Assembly: GCA_964016885.1 (NCBI GenBank)
Contig: OZ024742.1
Location: forward strand, 291,214,001-291,278,000
DNA from: Eledone cirrhosa
Taxonomy: Eukaryota
DNA length: 64,000 nt
Direction: 5' to 3'
This document shows, piece by piece, positions 1-12,600 of the stretch. Each line of letters begins with the position of its first letter. The stretch's first letter is position 1. Below the pieces are notes generated by a model. That model made no database searches, had not been told where the DNA came from, and saw nothing but the letters and a program-made list of their open reading frames with translations. The translations under genes and the position numbers were made by a program.

Positions 1-872
1 AACAGTTCAGTGATGACATTAAAATGGAGTTTGGACTAGATAAATGCGCCAAAGCAACGTTCACCAGAGGAAAGATCAGTGTCTGCCAACAAAAAATTAC
101 CAAGCCAACATAATAAAAAATGGATGCAGCCCATTATGCCGTGTATGCAAAAAACAACCAGAGACCATTGACCATATAATTTCAATGTGCAGTCCTATAG
201 CTCCAGCCGAATACCTAAACAGGCATGACAGAGCTGCACAATACATACATTGGATAATGTGTAAGCATTTTGACCTGCCCCATCAAAAGAATTGGTGGGA
301 GCATCAACCACCTCCCATACTTGAAAAAGATCACATCTCAATCTTGTGGAACTTTAGCATCCAAACAGACCGAAAAATAGATGCAAATAGACCTGATATA
401 ATATTGAAGGACTTTAAAAAGAGGGTATGCCTGCTAATTGATATGTCCGTTCCAATAGACAAGAATGTATCTATAAAAACATTTGAAAAATTGAGCAAGT
501 ATAAGGACCTGGAGATAGAAATTGGAAAAATGTGGAAATTGAGAACTAAAACAATACCAGTGGTTGTGGGCGCTCTGGGAATGATACCTAAGGGGTCTAA
601 TGATTACTTATCGCAAATTCCAGGAAACCCGCGTATAGGAGAAATACAAAAGATAGTACTAGTGGGAACTGCCCATATACTAAGGAAGATTCTGTCAATA
701 TAAGTACATCACAAGTCTAAACACTAAAGATGCATGTGTGAGTATGTATGTTCTTTCTTGAACATGGCGGGCCTTGTTGTCTCTTGAGGTCACTGGTTGT
801 GACTTGGTGATAACTCGTATGAACATAAAGCAAAATAAATGCAACTGTAATAATAATAATAATAATAATAAT
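1..872 (+). mobile_element. R4/Dong-like non-LTR retrotransposon 3' fragment (CCHC knuckle + restriction-like endonuclease), internally deleted, ending in (TAA)n
   Basis: ORF 44-703 has CRVC..ETIDHIISMC, RHD, RPDIIL, IDMSVP, KYKDL and VVVGALG motifs. Bases 3-74 encode an RT piece (QFSDDIKMEFGLDKCAK) in another frame. (TAA)n at 848-872. Confidence 0.88.
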
Positions 873-874
873 GA

Positions 875-3180
875 TTTCTTTATTGGCCACAAGGGCTGAC
901 ATCAAGAAAAACATTACAGACGGCACAGGACGGTACAGGACGGTACAATGTGGGTTTTGTTCGTGTAAAGATTTTTATTATTTATATAAGAAAAGAAAAA
1001 GAAAAAGACATAGAAACATATATATATATAAACAATAAAAATGAAAATTGAAACAATGAAAAATTCCCCAATAGGGGGGAAACCTCCAAGGGTTACTCGT
1101 GGTGAAAACCACACAAAAGACCACGGCCACCCTGACCACCAGGACAAGCGCCCTCTCTCAATTTTTCTATTTCTCAAACTACAGGCATATATTCAGAGTG
1201 GTCCCGTTCACTCGGACCATTCTCGCTACATTCACCCACCTTTCAACAAACTTGCTAGAAGGTAGCACTTGCCTCTCCACCCTGATTTTCCTCTTCAAGT
1301 GAAACTTGAAAAAGTTAATTAGGGATTCGCCGAAGAGGAAAGTTTCTGTCTTTAATCCTTTTAACCTTGTCCACCACACAATCTCTTTCGCCATGGCCAC
1401 CAGGCAGATGAAAACCGCCTGCCCTTCCTCCCCGAAGGAAGACGGCGAGACCATCTGCACAATGGACTCAATCGATAACCGGATCAGTCCTATACGCGAC
1501 AGCAACTGTTCGATATAGCTCCACAAGGCAGCAATGCTCGGACACTGAACGAGTGCGTGAACGACGGTTTCGTCGCTCTGCCCATATCTCGGACAGGCTC
1601 GGCTGACGGCACTTCCGTGTTTGTAGAGCTTATCTCGAACTGGCAACGCTCCCCTATAGCACTGCCAGGCCAGGGATTTTTGGAAGTTATCCATAGGCCC
1701 TGGGCTGAAAGTTCTCCGGGAGAGAGCAAACAGCTGATCTTCTTCGATGCCCAGGATCTCTCCGAGAATGCCATCGCTCTTCCCCTCCACTAGTCCTCTA
1801 TAGAACGCTGAGGTGGATGTTCCACTGATACCGGTGCCCAGCTGGCAGAGGGCAGTGAGCGCCTGGAGATATTCCAGTTCCCAAGCGCTATCCCTTGGTC
1901 TTTTCCTGACCCAGGACTGCAGCTCCGTCAAGGAGACAAGCTGTGGGAAAACGTGCCTGGCGAACGGCGACCACACCTGTTCACCGTCAAGGAAGCACCA
2001 GAGATGTCGCAGGCTCAGTGTATGTTTGCCCATCATCAGCCATGGCATGCCCAGTCCTCCACGCAACGGGTGTTGACAGCAGATAGATCGTCTGACCATG
2101 GGAGCGCGTCCCTTCCACAAAAAGCGGAAGAGGAGGCGCTCCATTTTGGTGAGAGTTGGGCCGGGGCAAGGGACTACGGTGTGGTGGTAGCAGATGACGG
2201 ATGTGATGCAAGCCCACCAACTTTTCCTGGTTTATCTTTGCTCCTGTCACCGCTTCGTATTCCTTGAGAGCGGTGCTGAGCATCTGGACGTGTCTGGTGC
2301 TCAACACCACCACGGTGACATCGTCGGCATAAGCTGATTTGGATTTCCTGCATCCTAGTTCGCGTGGGACGTCCCTCATCGCCCCCAGTTTGTGCAGTAA
2401 CGGCTCGAGAGCCAATACGTACAAGAGGGACGAGAGGGTACAACCCTGGCGGACCGAGTGCATGATGCTGAACGGCTGCGACAGGTGACCGTTCCCCCTC
2501 ACAACTGAACAGATGTCGCTGTACATCGCAACGATCCAACCCCTGAAAACGGGCCCGAAACCGGCTGCCTCAAGGACCGCCGCCAGGCACCGATGGTTGA
2601 CCCTATCGAATGCTTTGGATTGATCCAAGTCCATCAGGGCCCCACCCGTGCCAGGTTCCTTAACCACCCTCTCTATGATGTATCGCATGAGGTGGAGGTT
2701 GTCGTGTATGGATCTGTCCAGAATGGCGCATGTCTGCACCTCTCCCACCAGACCCTTGACGAAAAGCGCTAATCTCGTTGCTAACACCTTGGCCAAAATC
2801 TTGAACTCTGCGTTTAGCAGGGTTATGGGCCTGAAGTTATCGATAACATCCCCTGTTCGGGTCTTTTCTCAACAGCGCCACCGCTTCCCGGCTCACAAAA
2901 CTGGGAATGCTCCCGTTCTGCTGCCAGTTGCAGTAGACGTCTGCCAAGAGGTCACCGAACAAGTTTGGCATAAATGCATAAAGCTCGTAGGGCAGACCAT
3001 CCAAACCTGGCGATTTACCCCTCGTGCAGTTAGCCATTGCTTCCCGTATTTCACCGGTTGTTATTGGCTTTTTGCAACACTGTGCTGCGGTCGTCAAGAG
3101 CCGAGGCAGTCCGTCGAGGTATGCACTGAAGTCCATACCCCTATCCGGCCCGCCGCTGCTCCCGAACAATTCAGCAAATC
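875..3180 (-). mobile_element. Tx1/L1-clade LINE, 5'-truncated and frameshifted (copy a)
   Basis: KSPGLDGLPYELY, LDQSKAFDRV, VRQGCTLS, AYADDV, GGLGMP and C-terminal CP..ETVVHALVQC in ORFs 2837-3460, 1987-2796, 2174-2539 and 1179-2144. AATAAA at the 3' end. Confidence 0.88.
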
Positions 3181-4917
3181 TTTCTTTATTAACCACAAGG
3201 GTTGACACAAAGTATAACATTAAGGACAACACAGGACAATACAGGACGGTACAAATGGGCATTTCTGCATGTAAAAAAAAAAAAAAAACAGAGGGTGTAA
3301 CAAAAAAAGGAAACAATGAAAAATTCCCCAATAGGCGGGAGACTTCCGAGGCTCGCTCATGGAGAAAGCCCACAAAAAAGCCACGGTTACCCTGACTGCT
3401 AGGGCAAGTGCCCTCTTCCAGTTTTCCTCCCATTATGCTACAGGCACAGGGTAGGCCCATTCACATGGGCCATTCTTGCCTCTCTTACCCACCTTTCAAC
3501 AAACTGGCTGGAAGGCAGCACGTCCCTCTCCACCCTGATTTTCCTTTTCAGGTGAAACCTGAAAAAGTTAATGAGGGCGTCACCGAAGAGGAAAGTACCC
3601 GTCTTCAACCCTTTCAGATGTGTCCACCATATGATCTCTTTTACCATGGCCACCAGGCAGATAAAAGCTGCCTGCCCTTCCCGGCTAAAGGAAGGCAGCG
3701 GGGCAATCCTCACGATGGACTCAGCTGATAGCCAGATCCGTTCTACATGCGACAACAGGTCTTCGACATAAACCCACAAGTCAGCAATACTTGAACACTG
3801 GACGATGGTGTGAAGGACAGTTTCATCGCCCTGCACGCATCTCAGACAGGCCCGGCTGATGGCACTTCCATGCCTGTAGAGTTTATCCCAAACTGGCAAA
3901 GCTCCTCGGTAGCACTGCTAGGCCAGGGATTTCTGGAAGTTGTCCATGGTCCCCCTGCCTGAAAGTTCTCTCGAAAAGATTGGCTAGTTGGTTTTCGTCG
4001 ACGCCCAGAGTCTCCCCAAGGACGTCGTCGCTCTTTCCCTTCACTAACCCTCTATAGAACACCAAGGTGGGTTTCCACTGGTCGTATTGCTTGACTGGTC
4101 GAGGGCTGTAAGTGCCTGAAGACATTCCAGTCTCCAAGCGCTCCCTCTCGGTCTTCGCTTGACTCAGGACTGCAGCTCCGTCAAGGAGACGAGCTGGGGA
4201 AACATGTGTCTATAAAAGGGCGACCACACCTGATCACCGTCGAGGAAGAGGTGGAGATGCCATAGCCTGAGCACATGTCTGCACATCATCAGCCACGGCA
4301 TGCCCAGCCCTTCACATAGCGGGTGTTGACAGTAGATGAACTGTCTGACCGCCTGAACATCGGAGCATGTCCCTTTCATAAAAAGCAAAAGAGCAAACGT
4401 TCCAGCACAGTTAGGTGAGGCTGAGGACAAGGCACTATGGATAGGTGATAGTAGATGACGGACGTGATGTACGCGTTCGCCACCTCCGCTCAACTTTTCA
4501 GGGATAGCTTCCTCTCGGCCCATTTCTGGGTGAGAGAGGCCACCCTGCTCATCACCTCGTCCCAGTTTTTGTCTGTCTGGAGGTCCAGATTGAACCAGAC
4601 CCCTAGCAATTTAACCGGCCCATCCGTCCAGCGCCCGACGACGCTGTTAGATGGCATGGGCCTGCCTCTCCAGGTGCCGAGTTGCAGGCCCACCGACTTT
4701 TCCTGGTTAATCATTGTTCCTGTCACCGCCTCGTATTCTCTTAGTGTGGTGCCGATCGCCTCAATGTGTTTGGCGTTCGACACCACTACAGTGACGTCAT
4801 CTGCATATGCTGACACGGTTGTCCCGCATCCCAGTTCGCGCGGAACCTCCCTCAACGTCTCCAGTTGAGAGTCAATACGTACAACAGGGATGAGAGAGGG
4901 CATCCTTGGCGGACCGA
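3181..4917 (-). mobile_element. Tx1/L1-clade LINE, 5'-truncated (copy b), directly abutting copy a
   Basis: VRQGCPLS, AYADDV, KLLGVWF and CLRC..ETVLHTIVQC. The 3' end (tttctttatt..ccacaaggg) is homologous to position 875. Confidence 0.88.
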
Positions 4918-4982
4918 ATAATAATAATAATAATAATAATAATCATAATAAAAAATAATATAATAATAATAATAATAATAAT
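4918..4982. repeat. (TAA)n microsatellite
   Basis: Read directly from the sequence. Confidence 0.95.
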
Positions 4983-6315
4983 TTGACACTGAACAAGGAT
5001 ACAAATATTTAGGTGTTCTGGAGACAGATGACATCAAGAACAAAAAAATGAAGGAATCGATAAGATCTGAGTACATTAGGAGAGTAATGAGCGTACTAAA
5101 ATCACATCTAAATAGTAGGAATGTCATAAGTGCCGTGAATTCCCGAGCTGTGTCTATTATTAGGTACAGCGCGGGAATTCTGAAATGGAATGTTGCTGAA
5201 CAAAAAGAAATGGATAGGAAGACTAGGAAGCTATTGACTATCTACAACATGTTCCACAAGAGGAGTGATGTCGATAGACTCTACTTAAGGAGATCTGAAG
5301 GTGGAAGAGGTCTTATCAACATAGAGGACTGTGTTCAGGTGGAGAAAAACAACCTGCACAAATACGTGACTGATAGTAGGGAGCCAATGCTCAGAATTGT
5401 ACTGAAGGAGAGGACAATAGACCAGGGGATGTCCAAGGAGGAAATAACAATAAGGAGAAAGAGCAGCCTTCATGAAAAATCCCTTCATAGTACCTTCTTT
5501 GAGAAAACTGAATTTAGAGATCCACAGACATGGAACTAGTTGAAAAGAGGAGACCTTTAAAAGGCTACAGAAGGAATGCTAATGGCTACGCAAGAGCAGG
5601 CCTTCAAAACGAACTGGGTGAAACACCTTATTTACAAGGAGGAGGCTAGCCCACTGTGCAGGATCTGTGGAGAGAGAGAGGAGACTGTGGCTCACATTGT
5701 ATCCGAGTGTAAACACCTAGCCCAGACTCACTATAAAGGCTGGAGACAGGACGTGATGGGCAGGGTGATCCACTGGCACCTATGCAAAGTAAACAATTTA
5801 CCACATTCAAAGAAGTGGTATGAACATAAGCCAGAGTCGGTGATAGAAAACGATCAGGTGAAGGTGCTATGGGATTTTAGGATACAGACGGACAAGAAAC
5901 TGGAACACAATAGGCCTGGCCTGGTGGTTTTGGACAAGCAAAAAAGATTGTGTCTGATTGTAGATGTAGGCTGCCCATTTGACACGAGAGTGCAAGAAAA
6001 GGAGAGGGAGAAAATTAACCGATACCAGGACTTAAAGTGGGAGGTAAAAAGGATTTGGAACTGCCATGAAGTCAGAGTCTTCTCGATTGTCATAGGCGCA
6101 CTAGGTACTATCTCAAAGAGTTTCCAAGGATGGTTAAAGAAAATTAGTCCAGCCCCACTTTTTGGAACACTTCAAAAGGCATGCTTGCTGGGACCAGCAA
6201 GAACCCTCTGATATGTCCTGAATATCTGAGGCTGCAGGTAGCGGCTTGATATTCATTTCAACAAACTTTCCAGTTAAATAACATCAATGATTGAGACTCA
6301 AAGAACAATAATAAT
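4983..6315 (+). mobile_element. R4/Dong-like non-LTR retrotransposon, 5'-truncated, with stops
   Basis: YKYLGV, DRKTRKLL, RLYLRRSEGGRGL, CRICGEREETVAHIVSEC, VLWDFRIQTD and IVIGALG. Flanked by TAA repeats. Confidence 0.88.
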
Positions 6316-6675
6316 GAAATTATTGTGTACAGTGCTCAGGTGCACTACAATTCATCAGAGGTGCATGTATAGTTCATAGAATAATGTACAAATGTCAGGA
6401 AAGTGAACAGCGTATGAGTCATGATATATACACAGACACACACACACACATGTGTGCATTTGTATGGCGGGGGAAAATCAGGTGTAGTGTTGGCAAATTT
6501 TGGGAAGCATGGAGGTTTTAAAAGATGCAGTGTCCCAGCAGCTAATAACTGATGCAGGTAGTTTGGTCCATGCTTCAGCAACTCTGAGCGTGGTAAAAAA
6601 ATGTTTCAGAAAGTCATGGGAGCTGTGCTGTTTTCTGACTTTGTAGGCATGCCTATGGGTGTTTGACACCCTAAC
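6316..6675 (-). mobile_element. CR1-like LINE 3' end remnant
   Basis: HFFTTLRVAEAWTKLPASVI...SFK resembles the CR1 ORF2 C-terminus. Inverted homolog at 14818-15180. Confidence 0.7.
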
Positions 6676-6840
6676 CACTAGACCCTATGTTTTCATAAAA
6701 TGTCATATAGAAACTCGAGAAATATTAAAATTTCCTATCATTTCTCAGTATTATTTTCTGCAAAGATACACCATATTTCTTTGCATATAAAACCATGAGA
6801 ATACATAGACTTCAATATAATACAGAACTGGTGTCCCTAT

Positions 6841-7005
6841 CATTCTACTGCAAAGTGGTCGTGGAGGTGCCACGGCAAAAAAGCACCCAGCACTCACTGT
6901 AAATGAGGTTGGTGTTAGGAAGGGCATCCAGCTGTAGAAATCAAGCCAGAATCAGTCCCGTCCCACCCTTGCAAGCAGGGAAAAGCGGACGTAAAAATGA
7001 TGTAT
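6841..7005 (+). mobile_element. 3' tail fragment of a SINE with an RTE-derived tail
   Basis: Nearly identical to 33663-33825 (cactcactgtaaatgaggttggtgttaggaagggcatccagctgtag). Confidence 0.75.
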
Positions 7006-7664
7006 CATTGTCTTATCATGTGTGTGTGTGCGTGTTGATGTTCTCTCTCTTTCACTCACTGCTTCTGTGTCTCTCGCTGCTGGCTGCCCCATGGTCCTCG
7101 CAGACAGAATAGGGAAGGCGGCATTTCCCTGGAGAATGGTGTGGGAGACGCATTGGAAGAGCCATTCCAGCTCACAAGGCGCACACCTGCGAATAGCCAA
7201 CTCCGTCCTAATGGTGGTAAGTAGGAAGGTTGTCCTAGGGCCAAGGACCCCAGAAATTTCCACTATGAGCCCTGTCTCTAAAGCTAAAAATAAAAAAAAT
7301 GGGAATAAATTACACCCTTGTGTAATATGACCTCGGAGTACATTCATATCGATTTAAATCTTTTTGTACACTTATATCATATTATCCATCAAAACAATAT
7401 TCTGTTTCTCAAAAGCAACAGTTTGTTTAGCAAATATTACTGATATATCAAATACCATTTGTAAACAGTTGTAATCAACATATATTTGTAATGTTGTCAC
7501 TTGAAATAAACATATTTGAAGCTCAGTAAAAATTTCTGAAAACACAAACTCAAGTATAAGATTAACCCAAATTTTTGCCCTTCATTTTAGTTAAAAATTT
7601 CTTATATTAAACACGAAAAAATTGCCAAAACATAAACACATTGTTCACCATTTTGCAACTTTAC

Positions 7665-7894
7665 CAAATCTCGTTCCTGACATCCCATTGTTCTCTGTAA
7701 TTTCTTAATGTCCAGTTGACTCATACCATAGCGCTGACCCATGAAAGGGGCTTTTATCTTTGATATTATTGTAGGATACTTTGGATCAATTGCAAAGGCG
7801 TTTGACCGATAATGCATTACTGAGTCGAGGTCATATGGAAGGCCCAGGGTGTTGACATTCTCAGGATTTTGTTTCCGAAAGTTGCTAGCACGAC
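7665..7894 (-). CDS. Astacin-family metalloprotease exon 5 (Met-turn). The 3' boundary is uncertain: donor after 7665, donor after 7649, or read-through to the stop at 7602
   Basis: Acceptor tctcag, phase 1. Encodes (G)RASNFRKQNPENVNTLGLPYDLDSVMHYRSNAF...MGQRYGMSQLDIKKLQRTMGC. YDxxSVMHY and GQR are astacin hallmarks. Confidence 0.92.
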
Positions 7895-8160
7895 CTGAGA
7901 AGAGAGAAAGTATATAGAAATCATGTTAATTACTTAAACCTTTTCATGATCACATTTCTAACGAAATTTCAATTAATTGAGAATTTTGACGAATTTACTA
8001 AAATTATTCATTATTTGATTCCTAAAATAGTTACTGAACGTAGGGTTCTTACACAAAATTATAGGATGATTTCTATTTAAATAGAAACCTTGTATTTCAA
8101 TTAATTAATAACAATTTTTTAAGGATTTACTAAAATTATTAATTATTTCATTATTGAGGT

Positions 8161-8397
8161 CAGAGCCAGACTTTCACCTACTGAGGCTTGAAGCTATATG
8201 AAATTTGAAGCCCTTTAGAAAAGTTTTTGTAAAAACATTTTTTACTAATTATACATGATTATTATTTATTAATGATTACAACATTAAATTCATTACAAAA
8301 TGTTCTTTTAAACTAATTAATTGCTTTATTCCATTATATATTTTTTAAATGGGGACCCCGAGCTCTAAGCTATAGATTATAAGTAACTCCAGCACTG
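8161..8397. mobile_element. Probable hAT-type MITE
   Basis: Termini CAGAGCCAGA...TCCAGCACTG. Flanking 8-mers attgaggt/actgagat match at 6 of 8 positions. Confidence 0.45.
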
Positions 8398-8529
8398 ACT
8401 GAGATAATAACTTAACAAATGGTTTCCATATAAAATTATGTTGGATGATTTTAATTTAAATAGAAACCCTGGAATTTAGAAGGATTTACTAAAATTATTA
8501 AATATTTTATTACTAAGATAGTAACTGAA

Positions 8530-8947
8530 CCCTTTAGCATTTAAATCGGCCAAATTCGGCCAGAATTCTCTCACTGCTTTCTGTTCAAACCGGTCATAAC
8601 TGGCCGCTCATATCAATGTTAAGCAATTCTTATCAAAATAAATAATTGTTTCTGTTTTAGGCACAAGGCCAGCAAATACCCAGTACATTACTGGTACTTT
8701 ATTTTATCGACCCCGTAAGGATGAAAGGCAAAGTTAACCTTGGCGAGATTTGAACTCAGATCATAAAGGGACGTAACTCTATGCTTCAAAGCATGGTGTC
8801 CGACTCTCTACCGATACTGCCAATCCACTGCCCTTATCAAAATAAATAATATCAAAATTTCATAGATTATGTGATATAATTATGTGAGATAAAGCCTTTA
8901 CTGTGAAAATACAACAGTAAATATAGAGTAACATAAATGCTAAAGGG
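8530..8947. mobile_element. piggyBac-like MITE (~210 bp family) interrupted by a SINE
   Basis: TIR ccctttagcattta/taaatgctaaaggg followed by TTAA. Siblings at 9052, 9576, 14008 and 63014. Confidence 0.8.
8647..8832 (-). mobile_element. tRNA-derived SINE (family 1) with 18-bp TSD
   Basis: A box TGGCAGTATCGG and B box GAGTTCAAATC on the minus strand. TSD cttatcaaaataaataat at 8629-8646 and 8833-8850. Confidence 0.88.
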
Positions 8948-9051
8948 TTAACATATGGTTCTTATGCCAGTTGCTATTGAGACCTCCAGTATCCTTGGAT
9001 CCCAGACTGCCATTTTCTTCTGCAAAATTAGGAGGAGGGCATCTCCCTTAA

Positions 9052-9259
9052 CCCTTTAGCATTTACGTTACTTTATATTTACTATTATATTTTCACAGTA
9101 AACATTTTATCTCATATAATATCGAACCTACGAGATTTTGATATTATTTATTTTGAGAACAATACCTTAACATAAGTATGAGCAGTCAGTTATGACTGGT
9201 TCGAACAGAAAGAGGTGAGAGAATTCTCGCTGGATACAGCCGGTTTAAATGCTAAAGGT
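9052..9259. mobile_element. piggyBac-like MITE, inverted relative to the 8530 copy
   Basis: TTAA-ccctttagcattta ... taaatgctaaaggt-TTAA. Confidence 0.8.
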
Positions 9260-9575
9260 TTAAGGAAGGAGGCACATGAGGTGGAATCGCTGATACAGAA
9301 GAAATCATTGGCAATTCTCTGCGGCAATGCTTTCACCATCTTGTGTGTGGGGTGCAGCTGTGGGGTACTTCTCAGTGTAAAGGTTGCTCTCTTCTCTCCC
9401 TCATTTTTATTTGCTAACTTCTCTCTTTTTGTTTTCATTCTTCCTCTTTCAACTGAATATGAAACTTATATAAAACATAATATGAACACAACTGAATGTG
9501 AAACTTATATAAAACATAATATGACATTATATAAAATTTAGTAAGAAGGTTTTAATTTAAATAGGAACCTTTTAA

Positions 9576-9688
9576 TCCTTTAGCATTTAAACTGACCAGC
9601 TGTATCTGGCCAAAATTCTCTCACCTCTTTCTGTTCAAACTGGCTATAACTAGCCACTCATACTTATGTTAAGGTTGGTATCAAAAGG
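9576..9688. mobile_element. Internally deleted copy of the same MITE
   Basis: ttaa-tcctttagcattta left end plus the aattctctcacctctttctgttcaaac core. Confidence 0.65.
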
Positions 9689-9691
9689 GTT

Positions 9692-12600
9692 ATTTCATTT
9701 CATTTCATTTCATTTGAGTTTGAGTCCATGCTCAGGCCAAGTCGAAGACTCCACCCTCAGAGTCTGGTGTGGTTGCCAGGTTGGATTCTCTGTTTAATTT
9801 TGACATGTGTAGGAGCAAGTTTGAGTCAGTTTGTGCTCGTTGTGTATATTCTGGGAGATGGGGTTCATCTCTAATGGTGCTTAAGTATCTATCCAGCTGC
9901 AATTTGAATGATTCCACACTGCATCCTGATAGATTTCTGACATGTACCGGAATGGAGTTGAATAGTTGTGCCCCTCGAACCAACAGACTTGACTCTCGCA
10001 GGGTTTTTGCTGCCTGGCCAGCCCTTTTGTTGATTGGTGGTAGCTGGCAGTGTCTTCCGTGGTGCAGTGAGTGGTAGGTTTTGATACCAAAGTTTGGCAC
10101 CTTTTGCTCTATCATTTTCCAAATGTATATAATTCGGTATCGCTCAAATCTTCTTTCTATTTAGTCCAGGTCCCTCGTTTCTGAGAAGTATGAGGTAAAA
10201 TTTCTTTGGAGCGATTCCATCTTAGATAGTTGGCCCTTTGTTGTTGGTGACCACAACTGAGAACAGTAGTCAATCCTCGGAAGTATCATACTGTTCCAGA
10301 GGGTTTTCATTGTTGAGGTATCTCTTGATTTGAAGGTGCGCAAGATCCACCCGCTGTACTTTCTTGCAGTAAGACAGACTGAGTCAAGGTGTTCTCTGAA
10401 TTTTAGGCTGGTTCCCATGTGGATGCCTAAATCTTTCACACACTGTTTTTCCATTATTTGTTGTCCTGATGGGTTTCTGTAGTTTGTTGTATTTTTCAGA
10501 TCTTGATCTGTTCCGTAGCGAATTAGTTCAAACTTCTTATCATTGAACAACATGTTGTTTGTTTCCTGCCATTTGTATATGGTGGTTAGGTCCTTTTGTA
10601 AGGCCTCTGTATCCACCTCGTCTTTGATTTGTCTCATGACCCTGGTGTCATCAGCAAAGGATGAGATGTTGCTGGTTGTATCTTCATCTATGTCAGAGAT
10701 GAGGATGAGAAACAGGATCGAGCCGAGTACTGTACCCTGAGGAACACTGCTGGTCACAGGTGATGGTGTTGAATGGGTTCCATTCACAGTGACTGTTTGA
10801 GTTCTATTTGTAAGGAACTCATGTATCCATGTACCAACTTTTCCTCCTACTCCTAGCTTTCGAAGTTTGTGTCCCAGGATGCCATGATCTACCTTGTCAA
10901 ATGCCTTGGCAAAGTTGAGGTAAATAACATCTGTTGTATCCATTCTCTAGATTTTCTAGGATTTGGTCATAGTGTGCCAGTAGTTGGGAAAGACATGATC
11001 TACCTAACCTGAATCCATGCTGATTGCAATTCATCAGATTGTTGGATTCCAGGAACTCAACCAGTTTTCGACGAACTATTCTTTCGAAGACCTTGATAAT
11101 GTGTGATGTCAGTGAGATTGGTCGGTAGTTCTTTGGTTTTGATTTGCTGTCCCCTTTATGTATTGGAGTTATGTGTGCTTCTTTATATGTATTTGGTATT
11201 TTGCCATTCTCCATAGATTTCTTCCATATCATGGAAAGGGGTTTCAACAATTGTACCTTGCAGTTTTTAAGTATCATGGCATTGAAACCATCAGGCCCCG
11301 CAGCCGAGTGCATGGAGAGCTTGTCTATGGCTCTTTCTATGTCTTCTGGGTTGAAATCAATGTCGGATAGGGTAGGTTTAGTATGGTTGATATCCTTGAA
11401 GATTCTCCTGGGTCATGGATCTTCATGGTTTTAGATGGCTCACTGAAGACACTTTCATACTGTTGACCCAACATTTCTGCCATTTCAATAGGGTTATTCA
11501 CTACATCCCCATTTTGTCTCTGGAGAGGTCCTATTGTTGACTTGGTATTCGAGTATTTCTTTGCAAAACTGTAGAAACATTTTGGATTTTTCTTGATGTT
11601 TTCTATGGCTCTCTTTTCTGCATTGTTACGTTCTTCATCATAGTGTTGTTTTAGATTGTCTTCTAATCTGTATATTTGGTCAAGGACTTTCTGTAGTTCA
11701 TCTTTTGATGTCAGCTTAGATGTTTTGTTTCTTAGTCTTGACCTTTTGCGCATCAGGATCTTTCGCTCCCGTGGTACAGGTTTTTTTGTGGATTTGGTTT
11801 TCTTAAGAGGAATATTTTTTGCACATATTTCTTCGATCTTGTTTAAGAATTTCTTGTGTTTATCTGGCCCAGTAAGGTAGAGATCCCAGTCTATGATTTG
11901 TAACTGGTTGTTAATAGTTTCCCAATTTGCCTGGTGATAATCATACCTGCATAGCTTTGGCATGTCCCTTTGTTTAAGAGTTGTGGCATTGGGCTCATTA
12001 CCAATGTGTAAATGCATTTCAATAATATTGTGGTCGGAAAGAATTGTTGGGGTTGAGTGAAGGTCAAATAGCGTGTCCTCGTTGTTGGTGAAAACCAAGT
12101 CGATCGTATTATTATTTCTAGTTGCTTCTGTCATCATTTGTTTGAAGTATAATTTCTCTGTGACTTCCAACAGTTTGGCTGCCTGTATTTGTTCAGCTTT
12201 TGTCCCCAGTTTTAGTATATGTCCATGTGGCCAGATGATGTTAGGGAAGTTAAAGTCACCAAGGAGGATAATGTCTGGCATTGAACTCGCCATGTTTCCC
12301 AGAATTTGTTGGAGCTTTGTCAGTGGCTCAGTGAAGGATAATGTTGGGCTGTTTGGCGGTCTGTACATTATTGTTACAACTGTATTAAGTTGGATGATTT
12401 TTATGCACAGCAGGTTGCAGTAGGAATTTGATTCATTGACAAGTTCTATGCATGCATAGGTATCATGGATATACATGATAACGCCCCCATGGGATCTGCC
12501 TTGTCTATCACATCTGAAGATGTTAAATCCATTGATTAAGATTTCGCTGTTGCGGATGTTTTCGTTGAGATGACTTTCAGTAATTCCAATTATTTTGGAG

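Noticed and set aside
7022-7347. Overlapping 100-130 aa ORFs as a host exon
   Set aside because: No recognisable domain or compatible splice pattern; probably a decayed mobile-element fragment.
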